From: Octopus sinensis
Lineage: Eukaryota
Direction: 5' to 3'
NCBI RefSeq assembly: GCF_006345805.1
Contig: NC_043000.1
Location: 16,802,001 to 16,866,000 of the forward strand
Length of the DNA stretch: 64,000 nt
In this document: positions 27,001 to 38,600 of the stretch, one piece after another
Layout: every line of letters begins with the position of its first letter
How positions within the stretch are numbered: position 1 is the stretch's first letter
Notes under the pieces: model-generated
The model's database searches: none
Told to the model about the DNA's origin: nothing
The model's input: only the letters and a program-made list of their open reading frames with translations
Translations under genes and position numbers: made by a program

Positions 27001-30000
27001 ACTTTGAAAATTCACTGAACCTCATATTAGTCTAATAAACCTTCCTTTAAGAGTACATTAATTCACAAATGCTTATGTATGTATGAGCACGTATATGAGG
27101 GGGTGTTGAAAAGTTCCTGGCTTTGGGTAAAAGAAAATACAGGAAGATAATAATAATAAAAACATTGTGTACAGTGCTCAGGTGCACTACAACTCATCTA
27201 AAGTGTATGTATAATCAGGTGTAGTTTCGGCGGATTTCGGAAAGCATGAGGGCCTTAAAGGATGCAGTGTCATGGCAGTCAACAACTGACGCAGGCAGTT
27301 TATTCCATGCTTCAGCAACTCTGAGCGTGAAAAAATGTTTCCGAAAGTCATGGGAGCTGTGTTGTTTTCTGACTTTGTAGGCATGTCCACGTGTGTTAGA
27401 CACATGGAGATCAAAAAGGTGTTCAGTGTTGTTGTTGGTGAGGTGGTTGATAACTTTGCGGGTGTTTACCAAGTCCATCGCCAAACACCGGAGCTTCAGT
27501 GAATCCATGCCCAGGGAAACAAGGCGCTCAGAGTATGGTAGGTGTCTGATGGAGGGTATGCGTTTGGTTGCACGTCTCTGAACAGATTCCAGGAGGTCAA
27601 TGTTCTGAGCAAGATAGGGGTTCCAAACTGATGATGCGAATTCCAAGTGTGGTCGTACCATAGCTGTATACTGTTTTAAATAGATGGCTGGAGAGCGGCT
27701 AACAAAAATCTTGCCGAGTGATGCCAAGACACCCTCGGCCTTCTTGACAATTTTAGAGATATGCTTTGTCCAACGCAAATCACTGCTGACAGTGATGCCT
27801 AGGTCACGCTCGCAAGAGGATTTCTTGATATCAGTGTTGTGGAGGGAGTATGTGGACGCAGGGTTTTTTCTCCCAAAATGCATGGTGGTACACTTGTCCA
27901 CAGCCAGTTTCAGTTGCCAGTCTGTGATCCACTGCTGCATTGTGTCCAGGTCTGATTGCAGGAAAGATCAGTTTTGATTTTATGGAACATATTCCCCTCC
28001 CAGATTCACACACTAATTACAGTGGCCCTTCAGTTTTTCTAAGCCCGGTAAAAGAACTTGGAAGTTTGGGCCTTCGACCAGGCTTTTTGCAATACCCTTA
28101 AAGCCAGGAATTTTTCAACACACCCTTGTACATACAGACATAAGGAATTCATCATGATCGTTATTGTTCAAAGGTCAACATTCAGGTATCAGTATACTAA
28201 GAGCAATCATCATTAGAACAAATATTATGAAGGCAGAATCTTTACACAGGTAAATAATCAGTCATTTGCATACCTTTGTTTGAGGGTCAATCTCCGAGCC
28301 AAATTTAACCAAGACTTCAGCCACATTAACTTTATCTTCTTGGGCAGCCAGGTGAATAGGTGCCAGTCCATTCTGAAAAGGAAAATAGAAAATATATTAT
28401 AGAATACAGGTTTGATACAGTATATGGGTATAGAAGGGAAAGAAAACGTGTATGTGTGTGTGTTTGTATCATGTGAGTGTATATATCTGCTTGACAATAT
28501 GTATGCGTTTGTCACTGTTGTATAGCACCAGTCAATTCTGCAACAGCAGATACAGGAGATGATTGAAATCATCTAAATGCTTCAGAGTAAACTCCTGCCT
28601 GGTATTGCAGATGCTGCACACCTGTCATAGAAGTGCAAAATAACTATGAACAGTGGTGTTACCAGTTCCCCTGTTAACACATCATCTATTTACCTCATAC
28701 CTTCAAAATCGTGTGGACAAGAGGGCCTTTCCTTGAAAAGGCAGGTAAAGGTTAGCCAAAAAGATACCACAATGTAAGTAAAATCTATATATAAAGCTGA
28801 AGTTGTCTGCGTGTGGCAGGTTTGGTAGCCTTCAACTAACACTATCTCCTCCGAGACCCTGCGGTGCAAGTTGGCCAAAATTGAGAGTATGATAGAAGAA
28901 GGCTTGCTCTTCATTCCGTAGAAGATAAAATTCAAATCGGACCATGTTAACACCAAAAATTATTTACATCAAAAAGGTGCTTTTTTCTATGAAAATCCCT
29001 ATTTTTTTACGATTTTTTCACTGCTGTGTCGCCACTTTTCGGTGTATTTCAACCAGAAAAATATTCACTTAAAGAGAATAACAGCTACATAATGCAAAAT
29101 TTTTACTTTTCAAAAACTCCAATTCTAAAGGGTTGAAACAAACCCGAGCAACGCCGGGCGATACTGCTAGTACATTATATATATAAATGTGTGTGTATGT
29201 AAGATGATATCCAGCAATACAAGGGTACTATAATATTATATATATATATGTTGTGTGCGTGTGTGAATGAGAGAGAGAGAAAGAGAGAGTGTGTGTGTGT
29301 GTGTGTGTGTCTGCATGCACACATGCATGAAGAGGAGAGACATCAACAAGAGTTTCAATACTTACGGTTGCTTTGTCATTAACATTTGCTTTGTGTTCCA
29401 GTAACAAGGAGACCATATCAGTGTGACCCTCTTGTGAGGCAAGGTGGAGAGGTGTGAAGCCGTTCTGTTAGAGACAGAGAAGAAACATAAATAACGATGA
29501 AACCACAATAACTATTACTAATTTTATTACAGCTTAAAATGCATGAGGAAGAGATACAACTTTACTGAATGAAAACCTGGCACGGCCGTCACAAATCTAT
29601 TGATGTTGTACAAGCACCAACGTGACGGAATTATTTGTATCGTATTTACACTGCTGTGATAGAAGTAGTTTGTGGTTTGTTCCTTCTCGAGCCATGCCTG
29701 GCTCATAAGGGCCGGTTTCCCAGTTTCCTTGGCGCATAGGTTCCCCACCTGGACGGGACTCCGGTCCGTCACAGGTGAGCTGCAAGATGCAGGAGGAAAG
29801 AGTGAGAGAAAGTTTTGACGAATGAGTCAGCAGAAATTTGCCATTACCTTGTGCCGGAGCCACGTGGAGCTTTGGTGTTTCGATCATAAACACACGCATC
29901 ACCCGGTCTGAGATTCGAACCCGTAATCCCTCAACTGCAAGTCCGCTGCTCTAACCACTAGGCTATGTTCTTCCACACAATAAATAAATGCACCCTTTTG

Positions 30001-33000
30001 AAGCCTAGCCAGGCTCATGGGCCTGGTTTCCTGGTTTCAATGGCGTATGTGTTCCCCAGCTGGACGGGACACCAGTCCATCGCAACATTACTCACTTTTG
30101 CCAGCTGAGCGGACTGGAGCAACGTGAAATGAAGTGTTTTGCTCAAGAACACAATGCATTGCCCGGTCCAGGAATCGAAACCACAATCTTACAATCATGG
30201 TGCTGACACCCGAACCACTAAGCCACGCGCCTCCACCTAGATAGAAGTAGTGGGATTGTCTTAACACTGCAGTGACACAGAATTATTATAATCATCCTGC
30301 AACCGAATGTGACACACAGCTAATAATATCCTGATATAGTTGTAACAAAGTCATTGGTGTTGTCTTGAGTGTTGTGACACAGAAGTATTAGTATTGGTCT
30401 TCTTGGCACTGCTGGGACACGAATACTGGTAACCAGGCATCATTGTGACACAAAACTATTGATAACCTAGAACTACTATGTCCAGCATTGCTTGTTGATT
30501 CTAAAATAATGGATTAAGTTAATTCATATATAATGTAGACATATAACAAGTCCTCCACTATCAAACCAACACACTTTAGCCCTTCTGATACCAACACTCC
30601 TGAGACTAACCCCCATTTCTATACTACAAACTTTTTGGCTTAAAATGATCCAAATTAAAACCTTCCCTCAAAATTTCATGTTAGTTTAGATTTAAACTCC
30701 AGCTAAATAATGTCAAAGTTATTTTACTAAATTCTTCAACATTTCTAAAATTTATTGAAACAAAGGCAATATATTTTGATAGAAATATGGTAACAAAAAG
30801 GTTAACTATCCAATATTCACTTCTTACAAAGAGGATACAAACTTACCTTTGACCCGGCAGCTGGGTTGGCTCCGAACTCCAGTAAAGTTGTAGCAATGTC
30901 CATTTGATTTTTCTTAGCAGCAATATGGAGTGGTGAATAGCCATTCTGTAAATAGAAATTATGGAATTACTAATTGATAATGTAACAGTTAACAGAAGGG
31001 CATTACTAACAAAGAAACTACTGATGGCCAAATTAGATCTAGGTGGCTACTAAGGATCAAACTGACTAGAGGTCACTATTTGTTGTCAAACTGTCAAACT
31101 ACATATGGTTATTATTGCTGACTAAAGAGATCTAAGAAAGGTGGCGAGCTGGCAGAAACATTAGCACGCCAGGTGAAATGCTTCGCGGTATTTCGTCTGC
31201 CGCTACGTTCTGAGTTCAAATTCCGCCAAGGTCAACTTTGCCTTTCATCCTTTCGGGGTCAATTCAATAAGTACCAGTTACACACTGGGATCAATATAAT
31301 CAACTTAATCCGTTTGTCTGTCCTTGTTTGTCCCCTCTGTGTGAAGCCCCTTGTGGGTAGTAATGAAATAAGAAATAAAGAGATCTAAGATTTAGCATTG
31401 TAAGCAATACTGATTCAAGGCAATCACTGATAGATACATTAACTGGAGTTTGTCAGTTTGTCACTGTCCAACCACATTAATCCAGTAACACCAATGTGGG
31501 CCAACCAGGTAGGGTGGCTGTCACTTGTAGCAGCCCAACTGACCAGATATTAACAGTGACCTCCAAAACTAAACTAACAGTTAGAATGTGCTTGTGTATG
31601 TGGCTACATTAAAAGCACTGATGCTGGTGCCACATAAAAAGCACCCAGAACACTGTAGAGTGGTTGGCATTAGGAAGGACATCCAGCTGTAGAAACCAAT
31701 GGAGCCTGGTTCAGCCCTTAGCCTTACCAGCTGCAGTCAAATCATCCAACCCATGCCAGAATGGAAAATGCACATTAAATGATGATGATGCAGATATATT
31801 TCCATCCTTGGTTTACAAGACTTAAGTTACTATATATAAGGTACTTCCTACTGCTGTGCTGGTACCATGAAAGAAATGCATCCTGTGCTCACAGTAAAGT
31901 GGTTGACAAATGAGACGAGAAAGCATGATGTTGTGAGGTCTCTTTAATACTGGTCTCATCGAGGATTCATCAACTTCTCCAGCATGGGTGCCATGAAAAA
32001 ATGCACCCAGGACACTCTGTAAAGTGGTTGATGATAAGAAGACCATCCAACTACAGAAACGAAGGCAAGTGATACACACAAGCACCAGTCTATGAAAGCA
32101 TGACTTTCAATAAGAAATGATTTAAGATCATGGTGACTGACCCAACCTGGGCCAGCACAGAAAGTGGATGTTAAATGATGATAATATATATGACGTGACC
32201 ATTCTCTTTAAGTGTATACAAAATATTATACATATATATATTTACACACACACACAAAGGACCAAAGGTCCTTCCCAAGCCATGTGCTCAGAAGTTCAGT
32301 TTCCTGGATTCTATGGAGTAAATCTTCCCTTCTGGATGGATGCCAGTCCATCACACGATCACTCATTGTTGCCAGTTGGAGTGGACTGGAGTGATGTGAA
32401 ATGAAGCGCTTAGCTCAAGAACACAATGCGTTGTCTAGCCTAGGAATTGAAATCACAATGTTATGATCACGAGTCCAACACCCTAGCAACTATGCCATGT
32501 GTGTGCCTACACACACAAATATATATTCGAAATAGCAAATCAGAAAACTAGTTCAGAGGAATATCAATCACAGAAATGGGGACAGAGTTACAAACAACAA
32601 CTACTAGGTACCTTTGCCATGGCTTGAGGTGAAGCTTTATTGTCAAGCAGGAGAAGAGCTACGTTCACATGATTGTAGTGAGTGGCAACGTGAAGAGGTG
32701 TTAGTCCGTTCTTGCCCTGCACATCAGGTTCAGCATTTTTCAGCAACAGCAGGCGGGCGACTTTGATGTTTCCGTATTTGGCTGCAATATGCAGTGGAGT
32801 GAATCCCTTCTGCAAATAGAGAGAGAGAGAGAGAGAGGAAAATAATAAGAAAGGTGTGAAACTTGAGAGAGTTTTGAAACAAAATCCACAAAATGTAGCG
32901 ACACAGACACACATTCATAAGAGCAGGCATGATTATATAGTGACTAAAAAGTTGGCTTCTCAATCACATGGGTTTCAGGGTCAGTCACACTGCATGGCAC

Positions 33001-33633
33001 CTTGGGCAAGTGTCTTCATCTTCAGCTTTATGACGACCAATTCCTTATAAGTGAATTTAGTAGACAGAAACAATATGAAGTTCATGTGGGTGCGTGTGTG
33101 TGTGTATATACATATACACACACACGCATACATATATACAGAGAAAGAAATATTCAGACATACATATAAAGTATAAGAGAACAAGGTTAGAGAAAGTATA
33201 AAATGAATATATATATATATATATATAATATTTTAGTAGTTGAATGAATTATCTTGATAATTCAGTTAACCGATACATGGGTAGCAAATTCGTCGTTCAA
33301 CTCCATTCTTTCATATATTTATATATATATATATATATATACACACACATATACATATAAGAGAACAAAGTGTACGTATGCTTGTATATATATATATATA
33401 TATATAAAAATAAAATATAAAATGGGACAAGAACGCAAACATCCAGACAACCAGGTGATACAAAAAGGGACAACAAAACATCCAGATAGACGATACAAAA
33501 AAACAAGGATAGGTCATTCGAAGCTTTCTATCTTCAGTCAAGAACCAGATCATCCTCACAATTTCGGCTGATTATGTGTTCTTGTCCCATTTTGATATTT
33601 TATATATATATATATTAATAAAGATAGATAGAT

Positions 33634-33664
<31 letters not shown>

Positions 33665-35609
33665 GAGATAAGGCATACGTACTTTGGTGGTGAGGCTGTG
33701 ATCAGCTCCTTGATCTAGGAGAGCTGCAGCCACTTCTTCATGTCCTTCTTTAGCAGCAATGTGCAGTGGTGTGTACAGATCTTTTGTTGTTGCATTTGGA
33801 CTGGCACCATGTTGTAGAAGTAGAACGACATTGTCTACATTACCCAGACGTGCAGCAATGTGAAGTGGTGTTTGTTGTTCCTGAAATAGACAGACAAATC
33901 ATGTATTACAGATGGTGGTGATAAACGTAACAAACAAACCAATGTCTGAAGCTATTTGTGTTGTTTGTCCTTGAATCAAACGACCAACATCATTTCATTT
34001 GCAGATTTTTGCTTTCATTTTACTCTTTTTACATCCATTACCAAAACTGCATCTCAAAAACTAGGATCCTTTTTCAGAATCAGAAACCAATGCTCAACTT
34101 CTTCTAACTCATGTATGATCTTCGTTGGAGTACTCCTCACATATCTGAGATGGTGCTGCTCCAATAAACATGTAAATATGCCAAATCCTATCTAAAACAA
34201 GCAGCAATATGCTTACTAACATGGTATAAACCTCTGGTTCTTTTCTATCATTACCGCAATGACTTCTGTTCTTCAGAACTACTTATCTGCATATAAACCT
34301 CACCTCCTGCACTAAATACTTTCCTAGTTCTTCCTTTCCCAGTGATGCACCCACAGCAGTCTTCTGCTCCACCCTCACACTTTTTCCTGTAGATTACAAT
34401 CCACCTGTTTTACCAACACCAGAAAGAAAAGATAAAATCAGTTCTGGTACGATTTGAAAATTAGAACATTAAAAAAAAAAAAAGCACTTTGATACATATT
34501 TTCTTTGGTATTCTATCATTTCTGCTGCTACCCTGCTACCCCTCATATCAGAACCTGATTTGTCCAAGTCACAGCTTTATTGAGTGACAAAGTCTGTTAA
34601 TTGATAACTTAGGGAACTAAAAAAAAAAACCATCTCCAAAACAAATCTAGTTTATTTCCTTTGCTTTGCCTTTTCTATTCCTTCTGCATTGACTGTGCTC
34701 CTTAGAGCAGTCTAGTCTTGTGTCATCCTAATTCACTCAATTTCTCCTCTTTCAAGTCCAGACCCAGCACCAAAACCACTATTCTTAGTCCTTTCTTCAC
34801 AGAATATCTTCATTCTTGAATACCCTTCTTGCTTATAGTTTCCCAGCAATTATTCAAGAAAAAAAACATTAGTTTACCACCCTCACAGGTTTCAGAGCAT
34901 CTGCGAAGGCCATGAGTAATGCTCCTTCTTTCAGACTACGTAATATAAAATAACCTTTTGAGACATCAGTTCTTCACTATTCCAATTTATGTTCAAACAA
35001 GAGGATTTCATAAAATTTTCACAAGGAACTGTGGCAGTATTTTCCCATGAAGAGATCTACTTGCATTTCTAATAAACTCATTAGCTGGGCAACTGTGAAG
35101 TTTTACGTGTTGCAGCATCTCTATTCAACAGCTATAAACTTTGCTATGAACTTCAGCATTTTGCTTTTCCCCTTTTTTTTTAAATATCTATCTATTCTGT
35201 CTGTGTGTCAGTATGTGTGTATCTATCTATCTATATATATATATATATATATATATTTCTCGTTGAGTTCTGCGTCTATTTGTGGTGTCCTGTACACACG
35301 TATATATATTTATATATGCATGTATATATACAAGTAGATGTAGGTACGTACATATATGTTTGTATGTATGCATATATTTTATTTATTACACTATTGTATG
35401 ACTGAGCGCCTTTGCGTCAATTAGATTCGATTGGTTTGGTTTGGTTTCGTCTCTTCTCTAAGCTGGTTTTTATATATATACACACACACACACACACGTA
35501 CACAAACACATACATTTTTTTCAGTCAGTCAACTGTGAAGTTTTTATATGTAGCAGGGTCTATTTTTAACTTCTCTGAATTTCTTCAGCTTTCAATTAAT
35601 TAATAATGC

Positions 35610-35640
<31 letters not shown>

Positions 35641-38600
35641 TCCTTTCAACCAATCAAGTCAACTGTAATATACAGTTATAGCTGCATCTATTTTGAGATT
35701 CTTTGAAATAGATTGAATACTATTTGATTAATTAGATGAGAAGTAAAAAAAAACAAAAAAAAAAAATAACAAACACATCAGCTTCAGAGCACTGGACCAA
35801 ATTACAGGAAACTAAATGTAGTTTAATTAAATCCTTCGTTAATAAGAAATTAAAATGAAATACAGAAAAAGGAAAGCCAGAAGAGGGAGAAAGTGGAGAA
35901 GGATAAGAAAACGAAGTAGAAAATGTATACATTAAAAAAAAAAATAAAGGAATTGAAATTCTTGAGATCATGTTATTTTTAGTTTAGTATTGACCAGAGA
36001 ATTAAGACAATGTGGGAAACATTCGCAAGATTAGAGAGTTGGCATGCCAGAAAGTCAAAGATTAACTACTTACTCTGGCTTTAGCATCAACGGTGGCTCC
36101 GTTTCGCAGAAGTATGCGAATGATGTCAGTCTGGTTGGCTCTGGCAGCAAGATGGAGAGCGGTTTCCCCTCGAACGGTCGGGTAGTCTGGGTTGGCGTTA
36201 TGTTGGATCAGGTAGATGCTTATGTTCATGTGACCCATGAAGGATGCAACATGCAATGGGGTGAGTCCAGACTGGAAAAGAGAAGAAACAACAGCAGTGA
36301 ATTCACTGGCAGACATGTGGGTGGTGGTGGTGGTGGTGATTACAATGGCAATGAAGATGATGGTTGCTGTGGTAACGATAAAGATGATTGTAATAATAAT
36401 ACTTGATGATGACAATAATACTGGATATGATGGTAAGTTAACATACAAACTGCAATGAGAAGGTCAATGATAATAATGTAAAGGTTCTCATAACAATCAT
36501 GATGACAATTGCAATACATGTGGTTATGATTCTAGTACTGATAATTATTACACACATGTGAGTGAGAACACTTTGAGATATTTTTGGTATCTAACATATG
36601 TCAGATACTGCGAGCGCTGCTTCTCATTGGTCAATCCATGGTGGTGACCCGAGGTCACGGTGACAGCGCTGCTTCTGATTGGTCAGTCCATGGTGATGAC
36701 TGAGGTCACGGTGACGGCAATACATTTGTCATTCATAAGTTACAACTAAATGTGAAGAATTTAGTTATTGAGTTAATAAAATATGGTCGTTTATTCGTGT
36801 GTAATAAATAAAATACCAAACTCATTCCCTATGGATACCGTATTTATTACAAGCCACTCGTTGTAATAAATACGGTATCCATAGGGAACTCATTTGGTAT
36901 TCTCTATCTATATGATGAGGATGATGAGGACAATAATGAAGATAGTATGTAAGCCTTACCTCAGTAGTAGCTTCAATAGAGGCATCATATTTGAGAAGCA
37001 GTTCCACCACCTTTATTCGGTTTTTTTTGCATGCGATGTGTAATGGGGTGAAACCATTCTGTGGAAAGGAAAATATAAATACATGGCTTGAGTATATATA
37101 AATACACACACAAACACACAATATGCAAATGTTCAACAAACTGGAAAACTACAACATCAAAATAAATCAATGTTGAGTAAGACGAATCAAATCAATAAGA
37201 TTTTTAAAGGAAGATTACTTATGAGGTTCCCAGGCAGAACTGTGTAGTTTTCAGTTGATTTTGTCTGTTCTCTAACGAAGGTTGTTAATAATAGCAACCA
37301 TCAAATTTTTGACTATACAGTACAGCATACAAAAGGAAGAAACTAAACAGTAAATTATCTTCTGCTAACACTATGTGTGATGTTCATGCCTTTACCAAAA
37401 AGTACCAGCAAATATCATGGATTGGCTTTAACTGGAAAGCAAAAATCAGATGAGAGCTCATAGCTAACTCTATAATGATTGCCATAGTCTCACAATAAGC
37501 AGATATTTCTAATGTAGCCACAAATCCAAGTTAATCCTTTTATTATTATATTTTTGTGGCATCTGTACTAGTGGAGCGCTAAGAGAACAATGTGAGTGAG
37601 ATCATTGCCAGAGCAACAAGCTGGCCTCCGTGCCGATGGCACATTAAAAACACTATTCAAGTATGATTGTTACCCGGTTGTGTACTGGGGTCAATCTAAT
37701 CGACTGCCTCACCCCACCCAAATTTCGGGCCTTGTGCCTAGAGTAGAAAAGAATATTACTTTGACATGTCTGCCACCACTCAATCTGCTTCAATTATCGA
37801 TCACATTGCAACAGTTACCGAAACCAATAAATTGATGTGTCACTCACCAGGGCTCTTGCATTTGGGTCACTCTTCCTGTCCAATAACAGCTTGGCTGTTT
37901 TGACATTTCCACAATGAGCAGCAACATGTAGAGGAGTTAAATAATCCTAAAAGGTGGAGAGCAAAAGATATATAAAACATATTCAAAATGAGCAAAGAAA
38001 TAAAGCTTATAAAACAGCAATTCAATGGTGTTTATAGAGTGATTGTGTATATGTCTACACACACATTACAAGCATATATACACATACATAAAATTTAATA
38101 GAAGCTGAAATTTTATTACTAGAACTCCTGAATGTCACCTTTTGGTTCATCAGGCAGTATATATACATTACTATGTCTATGTTTATATATACAGTACAGT
38201 GAAGGCGCGTGGCTCAGTGGTTAGAGCGTCAGCTTACGATCGTGAGGTTGTGAGCTCGAATCCCGGACCGGGTTGCGTGTAGTGTTCTTGAGCAAGACAC
38301 TTTATTTCACGTTGGTCCAGTTCACTTAGCTGTAGAAATGAGTTGCGACGTCACAGGTACCAAGCTGTACTGGCCCCTTTGCCTTTCCCTTGGATAACAC
38401 TGGTGGTGTGGAGAGGGGAGGCCAGTATGCATGGGCGACTGCTGGTCTTCCATAAAACAACCTTGGTCAGACTTGTACATCAGAGGGTAACTCTCTAGGT
38501 GCAAACCCATAGTCAGTGTCTGACCGAGGGGGTCACACAACTTATATACATTACATACACCCACACACATACATACATCCATCCATCCATAAAATTTAAT

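Noticed and set aside
30265-30455. CRISPR-like repeat/spacer appearance
   Set aside because: The repeats are only about 8 nt and degenerate, the context is eukaryotic and there are no cas genes
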